64,000 bases of DNA from Coriobacteriia bacterium. GTDB lineage: Bacteria; Actinomycetota; Coriobacteriia; Coriobacteriales; UBA8131. Positions 1-8,942 of the stretch are shown in pieces (position 1 is the first letter of the stretch; the number at the start of each line of letters is the position of its first letter). The notes under the pieces were generated by a model. That model was not told the DNA's origin and searched no databases. It was given only the letters and a program-made list of their open reading frames with translations. The position numbers and the translations under genes are program-made. The DNA is taken from the NCBI GenBank assembly GCA_009783085.1, contig WRHU01000002.1, forward strand, positions 10,019 through 74,018. The letters run 5' to 3'.

Positions 1-107
1 ATCAGTTGTTCAGTTATGCCGCAGCCGTAAAGCGAGCTGGCAACAAGCGTAGCAGCAAGTGCTAAGGCGAGTGCCTGAGCGGCAGCCTTATGGTTGTTTT
101 TTTTCAT
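1..107 (-). CDS. Lipoprotein, N-terminal fragment (gene runs off the window start)
   Basis: Reverse-strand ATG at 105-107. Translation MKKNNHKAAAQALALALAATLVASSLYGCGITEQL looks like a signal peptide with a lipobox-like LYGC. Truncated by the window edge and too short for the ORF track. Confidence 0.45.
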   Translation of the reverse strand, partial: MKKNNHKAAAQALALALAATLVASSLYGCGITEQL

Positions 108-310
108 AATCACAAAACCTTTCTTAAGCCCCACCTATTTTGTAGATTGCAATTTTTTTTGAAGCTTTTTACGAGTTACCATACGAACCATTCTATTATA
201 CGCAATGATGCGGAGTATCTGCTCGTAAAACCTGCGGAACAAAAGCTTGCGGCGACCCCATCGCAGGCATAACACGCATAGAGCGCGCCGAGCTGTGATA
301 CAATCCTTGT

Positions 311-714
311 AGAGTGGGTCAGGCGACTGCGCGTTTGCTTTTGCAGGCGTGAGGAAAGTCCGGACTTCATAGGGCAGGATGCCAGCTAACGGCTGGGCGG
401 GGTGACCCGACGGAAAGTGCCACAGAAAAGAAAACTCCCCTGCTGTCCCACCTTGAGCCCACCCTTAAGGTGTGGATTTTTTGCAAGGTTGTGGCTTCCT
501 TGCACGCAGGAGAAAAGCTGAAACGGTGTGGTAAGAGCGCACCAGCGTTGCGGCGACGCAGCGGCTTGGCAAACCCCATCCGAAGCAAGGGCAAATAGGA
601 GTGCAATGGGTTGGCCCGACTCGCACTCGGGTTGCTCGCTTGAGAACACTGGCGACAGCGTTCCTAGATAAATGGTCGTTCAATGACAGAATCCGGCTTA
701 TCGACCCACTCTAC
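311..714 (+). ncRNA. rnpB: RNase P RNA, bacterial type A
   Basis: Conserved core read directly: GAGGAAAGTCCGGACTTC at 351-368, GGGTGACCCGACGGAAAGTGCCACAGAAAA, and ACAGAATCCGGCTTATCG near the 3' end. The 5' AGAGTGGGTC pairs with the 3' GACCCACTCT (P1). A TACAAT -10-like hexamer sits at 299-304. Ends approximate. Confidence 0.9.
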
Positions 715-786
715 TTATCAAAATGGTTGTGCTGGCGGCAGCCTAACTGCAGCAGCACCCTACCGGCTTATCGACCCACTCTACTT
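693..786. repeat. Exact 24-bp direct repeat of the rnpB 3' end (693-716 and 763-786)
   Basis: CCGGCTTATCGACCCACTCTACTT occurs twice, 70 nt apart. The second copy is followed by TTTTTT and overlaps the gpmI stop codon. Confidence 0.95.
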
Positions 787-2370
787 TTTTAACAACAGCG
801 AGCGTCCCGTAAACTCGGGGGGAATGGGAAGCTCCATAAGATCAAGTAGCGTAGGAGCAATGTCTGCTAAGCGAGCAGTGCCCGCACCATCAAGCTCACG
901 TTTATTTTCCTCAGAAAAATCAAGTAAAACCAGTGGCACGTCGTTAGTGGTGTGCGCCGTCCACGGCTCTCCCGTATCGTCAACCATTTGCTCAGAATTG
1001 CCATGATCTGCCGTTACAAGCGCCACGCCACCTTTGGCACACACCGCCTCGACAACTCGCTTAAGCCCTGCATCAACTGCCTCCATCGCAGCAATCGCAG
1101 CAGGCAACACACCGGTATGCCCCACCATATCTCCGTTGGCATAATTGACAATATAGACATCGGCAGCGTCTTGCTCAATGGCGGTAACGAGCGCATCGGT
1201 GACCTCTGCAGCACTCATTTGGGGCTGCAAATCATAGGTCGCCACCTGCGGGCTCGGAATAAGAATGCGTTGCTCGTCTTTTTTTGGCTGCTCAATGCCA
1301 CCGTTAAAAAAGAAGGTTACGTGCGCGTATTTTTCTGTTTCTGCAATATGAAGTTGCCGCAAACCCAAAGAGGCAAGATAGTCAGACAGCGTGTTTTCTG
1401 GAAAAGTTTTTGGGAAAGCCACCAGCGCACCAAACTCGGCGGCAAACACAGGGTCATACTCAGTCATGCAAACATAAGTAACCTGCGGAGCTACTGGGCG
1501 CTCAAACCCGTAATTCTCAAAATCAGGGTCGATAAAAGCCCGGGTGAGTTCTCGAGCACGGTCGGGGCGAAAGTTAAAAAATACTATGGTATCCCCGTCG
1601 GTTATGCCATGCGTTCCAATGGCAACCGGCTCAATAAACTCATCGGTAACGCCGTTGTCATAGGAGGCCTGCGCCACCGAGGCAGGAGTTTTCTCGGCAA
1701 ACACCTGTGTAACGTCGGGCTCCACGGGAACTACCAACGTGCGCCACGCGCGCTCGAGGCGCTCCCAACGATTATCTCTGTCCATAGCGTAATAGCGACC
1801 CATAACCGAACCAACACGTAAATTGAGCCCAAAGTGCTTGCTCACCGTTTTTGTCATAAAAGCGTCCAGCTTTTCGAGATAGGCACTGCCGCTTGTGGGC
1901 GCAACGTCGCGGCCGTCCATAAAGGCGTGAACCCGTATGCGTTTGTTGCCGTTTTTTGCCGCCATCTCGATAAGCGCTTCAAGGTGAGTGAGCATGCTGT
2001 GGACACCACCGTCGCTTACCAGCCCCATAAAGTGCACGGTTCCGCCTTCTTGCTTGGCAGCGTCAAAGGCCGTTAAAAGTGCCTCATTTTGGTTTAGTGA
2101 ACCGTCCTCAATGGCTGCGTCAATGCGCGTAAGCTCTTGGTTGACAATACGTCCCGAGCCAATGTTAAGGTGCCCTACCTCCGAGTTGCCCATTTGCCCC
2201 TCTGGCAAACCAACATCACGCCCCGCAGCACTGAGGTTCCGACACGGATAGGTCGTATTAGAAAACAGCTCATGCAAAAAGGGTGCGTCTGCGCTGGTAA
2301 CCGCATTGGTTTTAGATGGCTCGGCAAGCCCAACGCCATCAAGTATGGCAAGAAGTGTGGGGGTGCGCAT
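781..2370 (-). CDS. gpmI: 2,3-bisphosphoglycerate-independent phosphoglycerate mutase
   Basis: ORF 781-2406. iPGM hallmarks: MRTPTLLAILDGVGL, GQMGNSEVGHLNIGSGRIV, TADHGNSEQM. Start moved to ATG 2370 (MRTPTLL), preceded by GGAGAA. Confidence 0.93.
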   Translation of the reverse strand: MRTPTLLAILDGVGLAEPSKTNAVTSADAPFLHELFSNTTYPCRNLSAAGRDVGLPEGQMGNSEVGHLNIGSGRIVNQELTRIDAAIEDGSLNQNEALLTAFDAAKQEGGTVHFMGLVSDGGVHSMLTHLEALIEMAAKNGNKRIRVHAFMDGRDVAPTSGSAYLEKLDAFMTKTVSKHFGLNLRVGSVMGRYYAMDRDNRWERLERAWRTLVVPVEPDVTQVFAEKTPASVAQASYDNGVTDEFIEPVAIGTHGITDGDTIVFFNFRPDRARELTRAFIDPDFENYGFERPVAPQVTYVCMTEYDPVFAAEFGALVAFPKTFPENTLSDYLASLGLRQLHIAETEKYAHVTFFFNGGIEQPKKDEQRILIPSPQVATYDLQPQMSAAEVTDALVTAIEQDAADVYIVNYANGDMVGHTGVLPAAIAAMEAVDAGLKRVVEAVCAKGGVALVTADHGNSEQMVDDTGEPWTAHTTNDVPLVLLDFSEENKRELDGAGTARLADIAPTLLDLMELPIPPEFTGRSLLLKK

Positions 2371-2406
2371 GATGTTCTCCGTTTCTGCTTTGCCTATAGA
2401 GAACAT

Positions 2407-2448
2407 TCTACCACGCAGCTAGCTCCATCTACCACGCAGCTAGCTCCA
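2407..2448. repeat. Exact 21-bp tandem duplication
   Basis: TCTACCACGCAGCTAGCTCCA x2, in the vapC-gpmI spacer. Confidence 0.95.
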
Positions 2449-2477
2449 AATTGTATTGACTGTTAGCAACCTTATCG

Positions 2478-2536
2478 GCTATCACCGAATCTTGTCAGCT
2501 ATCACCGAATTTTGTCAGCTCACCAAATCACATCTA
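2478..2536. repeat. 20-nt tandem array containing the vapC stop region
   Basis: GCTATCACCGAATCTTGTCA / GCTATCACCGAATTTTGTCA / GCTCACCAAATCACATCTA. The third unit is the genic one, with the stop at 2520-2522. Confidence 0.8.
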
Positions 2537-2942
2537 CCCAAGAATGCTCTTTTATCTGAGCGTCATCAGAAATGAGCGCGAGATTTTCGAGCGAAGCCTG
2601 GGCCACAAGAAAACGGTCAAAGGGGTCGCGGTGTTCCCACTCCATGGTGCCAGCTAAATACGTATGCGCAAGCGTGAGGGGCAGCTCCTCAACACCAAGC
2701 TGACGAGCAACATGCGTATAGTTCTCAACAATGAAGCCATAGCTTGCATCAAGCTTACCAAGACGCTGTTTGTTGGCAGCTTCAAAAGCACTTATGCTTG
2801 AGAGATACAGGCGAGCTTGAGGATTTTCTATTATTTGACGAGCCAGATTGCCCAGGCGTTCTGGATTTTTTGTTGCCCAAAAAAAGGTATGGGTATCAAG
2901 GAGGTAGCCTCGATGGTCACCAAAGGCACTTACAAACCCCAT
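2520..2942 (-). CDS. vapC: PIN-domain type II toxin (VapC family)
   Basis: 140-aa ORF with YLLDTHTFFW near the N-terminus and a DPFDRFLVAQA motif typical of PIN toxins. Overlaps the upstream antitoxin gene by 13 nt. Confidence 0.8.
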   Translation of the reverse strand: MGFVSAFGDHRGYLLDTHTFFWATKNPERLGNLARQIIENPQARLYLSSISAFEAANKQRLGKLDASYGFIVENYTHVARQLGVEELPLTLAHTYLAGTMEWEHRDPFDRFLVAQASLENLALISDDAQIKEHSWVDVIW

Positions 2943-3163
2943 GCTGCAAGCTCCTCCTCTGGTAAAGGCTCAAAAAAGGCATCGTCCCAGTTTTCTGCGC
3001 CCCCAACAAAACCAAGCATGCGTTTTGTAGGCTGCTCATACGGAACAAGTTTAGCCAAAGCGGTGCCACGATTAGCAATAACCACCTCCTCGCCTGCCAA
3101 AGATGCGGCAACAAGCTTGGAAAGATTTGTTTTTGCGTCTTGCATATTCATAGTGATGGTCAT
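2930..3163 (-). CDS. Phd/YefM-family antitoxin
   Basis: MTITMNMQDAKTNLSKLVAASLAGEEVVIANRGTALAKLVPYE resembles the Phd/YefM N-terminal domain. ATG at 3163 is preceded by GGAGGAGG (3171-3178). Lies directly upstream of vapC. Confidence 0.8.
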   Translation of the reverse strand: MTITMNMQDAKTNLSKLVAASLAGEEVVIANRGTALAKLVPYEQPTKRMLGFVGGAENWDDAFFEPLPEEELAAWGL

Positions 3164-3239
3164 GGTACACCTCCTCCTTTGCAGGATAAACCTGGGCGAC
3201 ATGGTTGCTTCATGTTTCATGAGGAAGCATATCAAACAA

Positions 3240-3274
3240 TTAAGACCAAGTCAAGTTGACCTGGTCTTAATTTT
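3240..3274. terminator. Hairpin terminator candidate between tpiA and the TA pair
   Basis: TTAAGACCA (3240-3248) pairs with TGGTCTTAA (3262-3270). Followed by TTTT on the + strand and by TTGTTTG on the - strand. Confidence 0.4.
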
Positions 3275-3343
3275 CTAGCAATTTGAAGTTTAAGTTGAAG
3301 GTGCGCTTAGTGCTCTCCTTTTGCCCCTTCTCTGCTGCGTTAC

Positions 3344-4111
3344 CTAGTCAAACGCCTTAAGGAGGTCGATGAAGTCGGCGGCAACAAGAGAGGCGCCACC
3401 AATAAGCCCTCCGTCAATATTGGGCAAAGGCTCAAAGTGCTTAACGTTGCTTGGTTTCATAGAGCCGCCATAAAGAATACGCATTTCTTGGGCGGTCGCC
3501 GTGCCATAAAGCTCGGTAAGCTCAAGGCGAATAGCGGCGCAGGTTTCCTCCGCCATTTCAGGCGTTGGCGTGTGTCCGGTGCCAATGGCCCAAATAGGTT
3601 CATAGGCAATAACAGCTTTCTGCGCCTCGTCTGCTGTTATTTCGGTGAGCGCAGCACGCACTTGCGCCGTTACAAAGCTCTCGGTTTCGCCAGCGTCGCG
3701 CGTTTCAAGAGTTTCTCCGCAGCAAATAATAGGTGCGATACCATGACGGATGAGCGCACGAGCCTTGGCGTTAACCATCTCATCGGTTTCTCCAAAAAAC
3801 TCACGGCGCTCAGAGTGCCCAACAATGCAGTAGCTGCAGCCCAGCTCTTTGAGCATCAGCGGAGAAATAGCTCCCGTGTATGCTCCTTCGTCCTCCCAAA
3901 ACACGTCTTGAGCACCAATTTTGATGCCAGATTTGTCGCTGTCAAACACCACGCGTGCGCTCCGCAAGTTGGTAAAAGGCGGACACACCACCACGTCCAT
4001 ATCCTCGTACCTTTTTTCGCACGCATAGGCAAGCTCCTGCAACAAAAAGGTAGCCTCGATAGTTGTTTTATTCATTTTCCAATTGCCTGCAACGAGAGGT
4101 TTTCTCGCCAT
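3344..4111 (-). CDS. tpiA: Triosephosphate isomerase
   Basis: PLVAGNWKMNKT, IVGHSERR and AYEPIWAIGTG motifs. ATG at 4111 lies 10 nt after AAGGAG. The ORF-track start at 4120 is a GTG adjacent to the RBS. Confidence 0.95.
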   Translation of the reverse strand: MARKPLVAGNWKMNKTTIEATFLLQELAYACEKRYEDMDVVVCPPFTNLRSARVVFDSDKSGIKIGAQDVFWEDEGAYTGAISPLMLKELGCSYCIVGHSERREFFGETDEMVNAKARALIRHGIAPIICCGETLETRDAGETESFVTAQVRAALTEITADEAQKAVIAYEPIWAIGTGHTPTPEMAEETCAAIRLELTELYGTATAQEMRILYGGSMKPSNVKHFEPLPNIDGGLIGGASLVAADFIDLLKAFD

Positions 4112-4158
4112 AAATACCACGCTCCTTTTTTAGCTGGAATCCCTCGCGGAGGGTTGCA

Positions 4159-4256
4159 GCCGAGAATTACTAGCCGAGAACTTCTATCCGAGAACTTCTA
4201 TCAAAGACCCTCTTACCGAGAACTTCTAACCAAAGCTTCTAGCCGAGAACTTCTAT
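4159..4256. repeat. Five 14-nt units (N)CCGAGAACTTCTA; the last is the pgk stop region
   Basis: Units at about 4159 (degenerate), 4173, 4187, 4215 and 4242. The genic unit encodes IEVLG-stop. Each unit carries CTA (TAG on the sense strand) and the small palindrome AGAAnTTCT. Confidence 0.9.
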
Positions 4257-5414
4257 GCCGGGCAAGGGAGTGCCTTCGACGAGCTGCATGGCAGCGCCGC
4301 CTCCGGTAGAGATGAAACTCACCTTGTCCTCATAGCCAAACTGCTTGATTGCAGCAACACTGTCGCCGCCGCCAATAACCGTAGTTGCAGCCTCGTTTGC
4401 TGCCACTGCGCGCGCCACCTGACGCGTACCATTGGCAAAAGGTTTCATCTCAAATACACCCATGGGGCCGTTCCAAAACACCGTTTGGGCGCGCGCTATC
4501 TCACGCGCATACAACTCAGCAGTTGCTGGACCAATATCAAGACCCATTCTATCATCAGGTATCTCGTCAATCATGCAAATTTGAGTTTCAGCATTTTCGT
4601 CAAAGGCATCGGCGACCACCACGTCAAGGGGCAACAAGAGCTTGACACCCTTTTTCTCAGCTTTTTCCATGAGGGCCGTCGCACGCTCAATCCAGTCGTC
4701 CTCTCTGAGCGAGCGTCCCGTTTTGTAGCCGAGCGCCGCATGAAAAGTAAAGCACATGCCGCCCCCAACAAGCAAAACATCTACGGTATCAAGCAGGGCG
4801 TCAATTACTTTTATTTTGTCGGAAACCTTTGAGCCGCCGAGAATAGCCGCAAAGGGTCGCTTGGGATCTTTGAGCATATTGGAAAGCGTTTCAACCTCGC
4901 CTGTAAGCAAAAAGCCTGCGTAGGCAGGAAGCAGCTTGGCAAGGGCAGCCGTTGAGGCATGAGCACGATGAGCAACACCAAAAGCGTCGTTAACGTAGAG
5001 GTCAGCAAGCTGGGCAAGTTCGGCGGCAAATGCGGCATCGTTTTGCTTCTCGCGTGCGTCAAAGCGCAGGTTCTCTATCATCATAACCGAGCCATTTGCC
5101 AAAGCGAGCGATGCCGCATTTGCCGCCTCACCCGTCACCTCACCTACAAGCTCTACCTCCGTGCCTAAAATACGACCCAACACCCGCGTCGCAGGCGCAA
5201 GAGAATACTGCTCCTCAAAACCCGTGCCCTCGGGACGACCCAGATGACTTGCAAGCACCACGCGCGCACCCTGCTCAATAAGCCACGTGATAGTGGGCAG
5301 AGCAGCGCGAATACGGGTGTCGTCGGTAACGGTGCCCTCTGCAAGCGGCACGTTAAAATCAACCCGCACAAAAACGCGCTTGCCCGCTACCTCGGCGGTT
5401 TTGATAGATTTCAT
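4239..5414 (-). CDS. pgk: Phosphoglycerate kinase
   Basis: 391 aa with RVDFNVPL, ASHLGRP and FWNGPMGVFE motifs. Its start overlaps the whiA stop as ATGA. Confidence 0.95.
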   Translation of the reverse strand: MKSIKTAEVAGKRVFVRVDFNVPLAEGTVTDDTRIRAALPTITWLIEQGARVVLASHLGRPEGTGFEEQYSLAPATRVLGRILGTEVELVGEVTGEAANAASLALANGSVMMIENLRFDAREKQNDAAFAAELAQLADLYVNDAFGVAHRAHASTAALAKLLPAYAGFLLTGEVETLSNMLKDPKRPFAAILGGSKVSDKIKVIDALLDTVDVLLVGGGMCFTFHAALGYKTGRSLREDDWIERATALMEKAEKKGVKLLLPLDVVVADAFDENAETQICMIDEIPDDRMGLDIGPATAELYAREIARAQTVFWNGPMGVFEMKPFANGTRQVARAVAANEAATTVIGGGDSVAAIKQFGYEDKVSFISTGGGAAMQLVEGTPLPGIEVLG

Positions 5415-6487
5415 AGCTCCTCCTTCTTGCCCTTACTCTCCTTGGTGGTGCTGATGGGGTGCCCCTCGTTTTTGCCTCTACTCTCCTTGGCACCAGCATC
5501 GTCACTCTGCTTTTTGCCGTCCTTGGCAACACCATTGTCACCCTTGGTGGTGCCAGCTTGCTTCTCGTTCTCCTCCGCAAATGCCCGAGCAATCTCATCT
5601 ATGCGACGAACTCGATGGTATACGGCAGATTTTGAAAGCGGTGGTTTTGCGAGCTCCCCCAACTCCCGCAACGATACATCGGGGTGCGCCAAGCGCAAGG
5701 TCGCAAGCTCGCGCAGGGCAGGCGGCAGCGAATCTATTCCTCGCTTCTCAATTAAAAGCCTAATGTTGCGCACCTGAACAAGCGATGCCTCAATGGACTT
5801 TGCCTGATTTGCCATCTCGGCATTGACCCGACGGTTCTCATCGTTTCGAATAGATTTGGTTACACGCACATTCTCAACCGCCAAAACACAGCGATGCGCT
5901 CCAACTAAGGCAAGAAAATCGACAATAGGTTCGGCACCTTTGAGATATACAATCCATGAGTTGCGTCGCTGCACCGCACGGGCAGGAATGTTGCTGCCCG
6001 CCAACAGAGCCACCAGCCCATTTGCCAGAGCCTCATGCCCACACGCTAGCTCAAAATGAAACTTGCTGCGGGGGTTGGCAATAAAACCGCCACCCAAGAA
6101 AGCTCCCCGCAAATAAGACGCAACACAACACGGTTTCTCAACAAGACGTGCGTTTATCCCCATTTCTAGCCCGTCTATCGTAATAATGCCGAGGTCGCGT
6201 ATCGCCTCCTCAAGTCCAATTTGTGCTGGCACGGTAATCAGATAATTGTAGGTTTTGTGCAGCATGCTTCGCCGCGTAGTCACCTCGGTTTTGAGGCGAT
6301 ACAGCGTGTGCAAAAGTCGCACCACCGCACGGGCAACGGGCGCAGTTTCGGTAACAATCTCGAGCCGAAACTTGCCGGAAAGCTTGCCCTCAATGCGGAT
6401 AAGCGCACTCAGTTCAGCCTTGCAGCACGTTTCATGCTCAGGAATGATGCGAGAAAGTTCGTCTTTTACCTCTGCGGTAAATGACAC
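5411..6487 (-). CDS. whiA: Sporulation/cell-division regulator WhiA
   Basis: MSFTAEVKDELSRI start, a LAGLIDADG-like middle region and a C-terminal HTH (VSLRELGELAKPPLSKSAVYHRVRRI). Carries an extra K/E/G-rich tail. Confidence 0.9.
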   Translation of the reverse strand: MSFTAEVKDELSRIIPEHETCCKAELSALIRIEGKLSGKFRLEIVTETAPVARAVVRLLHTLYRLKTEVTTRRSMLHKTYNYLITVPAQIGLEEAIRDLGIITIDGLEMGINARLVEKPCCVASYLRGAFLGGGFIANPRSKFHFELACGHEALANGLVALLAGSNIPARAVQRRNSWIVYLKGAEPIVDFLALVGAHRCVLAVENVRVTKSIRNDENRRVNAEMANQAKSIEASLVQVRNIRLLIEKRGIDSLPPALRELATLRLAHPDVSLRELGELAKPPLSKSAVYHRVRRIDEIARAFAEENEKQAGTTKGDNGVAKDGKKQSDDAGAKESRGKNEGHPISTTKESKGKKEEL

Positions 6488-7605
6488 GCCCGTATCACCT
6501 CCTTAAACACCTCAGCCAGTTTATTGCGGTCGTGCCACGTGGGGCGCGTTGCATCGCGTAAGTCACGCGCAATAAGCAACGAACCTGCCTGACGAATACG
6601 CTCGGCGTCCTCACGAGTAAACGTAACAGATCTAAGGGCATGGGTGTGAGCAAATGCCTGTGCAGGAGCATCGTAGGCACTCGCAGAAGCAGGCGTGTAA
6701 GCAGGCGCATAAGCAGACGCGCCCGTATGCATACCCGTATGCGCACCCGTACCCGTATGCGTGCCCGCTTGCACGCGATTTCTTTGGGAAAGGTTGTCCT
6801 GAGAAATCGCTCTAAACACTCCTGTTACCGTGCCTGCAGGAGTAGCAACGGCTTCGGCATTGCGATGCACTATGACAACGTCAAGCGCACCACGCAAGCC
6901 ATGATCCAACACCGCTTCAACGTGTTCGGAAGCCGTAAGCCCCCATGTTTCGCCTTGCATGTCGCCCAACGAGCAAACAAACACCTTACAAGCAGAGCTG
7001 GCACGAACTGCCTCAAGCACACCAGGCACCAACAAATTGGGAATAATCGACGTAAAAAGAGAGCCCGGACCCAGCACAATAAGGTCGGCGTCAAGTAACA
7101 CGTCGATGGCTTCTTGATTGGGGCGTGGCTCGGCAGGCACAAGGCTTACCTGTGCCAACGCCGTCTTGGATTTTCCCAACATACTTTGCCCCACAAGACG
7201 CTGGCCATCTCGGGTAATGCCTTTAAGTACCACCGATTCCAGCGTTGAGGGATACACGTGTCCTTGGGCGTCTAACAGCTCCTCGCACAAACGAATGGCA
7301 TCGGTAAAAGAATGAGTGACGTCTTCAAGCGCGTGCAGCATAAGGTTGCCCAGCGTGTGATTGTTGATATAGCCAAAACGCTCAGCGAAGGCCTTTGCCC
7401 ACGGACTTTGCGGATCGCGCGCCATAGAAACAATACATTTGCGCACATCGCCCGGAGGTACTCTGCCCGTATGCTCACGCAACATTCCTGATGAACCGCC
7501 GTCGTCAGCCATGGCAACAACAGCGTTTGTCTTAACGCCGAGGGAGCGAAGGATTTTGATACTGACAGGAGCGCCTGTTCCGCCCCCTATCACCACTGCT
7601 TTCAT
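6466..7605 (-). CDS. yvcK: YvcK/CofD-family gluconeogenesis (cell-shape) factor
   Basis: MKAVVIGGGTGAPV..., MADDGGSSG and GPGSLFTSIIPNLLV motifs. Start placed at ATG 7605. Contains an HTG/AYA low-complexity insertion. Confidence 0.85.
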   Translation of the reverse strand: MKAVVIGGGTGAPVSIKILRSLGVKTNAVVAMADDGGSSGMLREHTGRVPPGDVRKCIVSMARDPQSPWAKAFAERFGYINNHTLGNLMLHALEDVTHSFTDAIRLCEELLDAQGHVYPSTLESVVLKGITRDGQRLVGQSMLGKSKTALAQVSLVPAEPRPNQEAIDVLLDADLIVLGPGSLFTSIIPNLLVPGVLEAVRASSACKVFVCSLGDMQGETWGLTASEHVEAVLDHGLRGALDVVIVHRNAEAVATPAGTVTGVFRAISQDNLSQRNRVQAGTHTGTGAHTGMHTGASAYAPAYTPASASAYDAPAQAFAHTHALRSVTFTREDAERIRQAGSLLIARDLRDATRPTWHDRNKLAEVFKEVIRACHLPQR

Positions 7606-7746
7606 AAACCTGCTTTCATAGCCGCTTCTGGCTTTTTGCATCACACGTTACTTCACACTTCACGCTTTGTTTCACACTCTATTTCACGCTTTATTTTGCA
7701 CAACACTTCACACAACACTGTTGGTCGCCTCGACCAGCTCATCGCC

Positions 7747-8805
7747 TTACTTATCGCCTGGCTCATCGTCTGTTACGGCAAGTTCCTCGAGGGTTTCTGC
7801 CAGCGGTAAATCACGGTGCGTTACTGCCACCTGATACCCAAGCTCGCCCAAAAATGCGCTTGTTTCCTCTGCCAAAGCAACACTGCGGTGCTGCCCGCCC
7901 GTACAACCAATGCCAATCGACAAATAGCGCTTACCTTCTGCAACATAACCGGGCATAATTACCTTTAGCAAGCTGCGCCAACTTTGTAAAAACTCCTGCG
8001 TTTCCTCGCGGTCGAGAACAAAATCGCGCACTTCATCGTCAAGTCCTGTTTTCTTGCGCAGTGCCAGCTCGTAGTAAGGGTTGGGCAAAAAGCGCACGTC
8101 AATAACAATGTCTGCCTCATACGGGCTGCTGTATTTGAAGCCAAACGAAAACACGGCAACGTGCAACTCGTCCTGCTCGCTTTTTTGTGAGAAAATCCCG
8201 TGAATCTCACGCCGCAGCTCCCGAGCTTCTTTTTTAGAGGTGTCTATAACGTAGTTGGCAGTTTCGCGCACGCTTGCCAGCATTTCGCGCTCAGCAGCAA
8301 TGCCTTCGGCGATGGTCATTGCGTCTTCGCACAGCGGGTGGCGGCGGCGCGACTCCTTAAAGCGGTTGAGAAGTGTTTCCTCATTTGCATCTAAGAAAAT
8401 GATGGTATAGGGAATACCGCGATCTTGGAGATGAATAAGCTCGCCGTTGAGCGCGGAGAAAAACTCCTTTGCCCGCAAATCGCAGACCACCGCAAGCCGA
8501 CGCTCGCCACTTGAAGGCAGCGAAGCAAGAGAAACTAAGTCTATGAGAAGCGAGGGGGGAAGGTTGTCGATGCAAAAGTAACCGAGATCCTCAAGAATAT
8601 GCATTGCCACCGTGCGCCCAGCACCACTCATGCCCGTGATAATAACAAGGCTCGGTGCGTTGGTGAGGTTGGGCAGTTCGTCAAAGCTCGGCGCATCAGC
8701 AATATTTGCTGGCTCGTTTAGGGGGTCTGCCGCTTCGGCGAGGCTTAAAGCCACATCAGAAGTCACATCAGAAGCCACATTGGGACTGTCTGTTTTTTTT
8801 CCCAC
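7747..8805 (-). CDS. rapZ: RNase adapter / nucleotide-binding protein RapZ (YvcJ)
   Basis: Walker A ITGMSGAGRT, and CTGGQHRSVA near the C-terminus. GTG start at 8805, with an N-terminal extension of about 50 aa. Confidence 0.85.
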   Translation of the reverse strand: MGKKTDSPNVASDVTSDVALSLAEAADPLNEPANIADAPSFDELPNLTNAPSLVIITGMSGAGRTVAMHILEDLGYFCIDNLPPSLLIDLVSLASLPSSGERRLAVVCDLRAKEFFSALNGELIHLQDRGIPYTIIFLDANEETLLNRFKESRRRHPLCEDAMTIAEGIAAEREMLASVRETANYVIDTSKKEARELRREIHGIFSQKSEQDELHVAVFSFGFKYSSPYEADIVIDVRFLPNPYYELALRKKTGLDDEVRDFVLDREETQEFLQSWRSLLKVIMPGYVAEGKRYLSIGIGCTGGQHRSVALAEETSAFLGELGYQVAVTHRDLPLAETLEELAVTDDEPGDK

Positions 8806-8942
8806 GACCGCCTCGCTTTCGACCCTCGTATTGCAGCAAGCTGCCCTATGACGCTATAAAGAAAAGTATAGCATCTTAGGGCAGCTTTAATTACAGCAAG
8901 ACAATGGTAAGCGAGTTTGTTCTAAGAACGTTTTCTCGCTTG

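Noticed and set aside
952-4309. Long + strand ORFs 952-1821 (289 aa) and 3437-4309 (290 aa)
   Set aside because: They are antisense to gpmI and to tpiA/pgk, whose products carry unambiguous enzyme motifs. Their sequences are low-information and Arg/Leu/Ser-rich.
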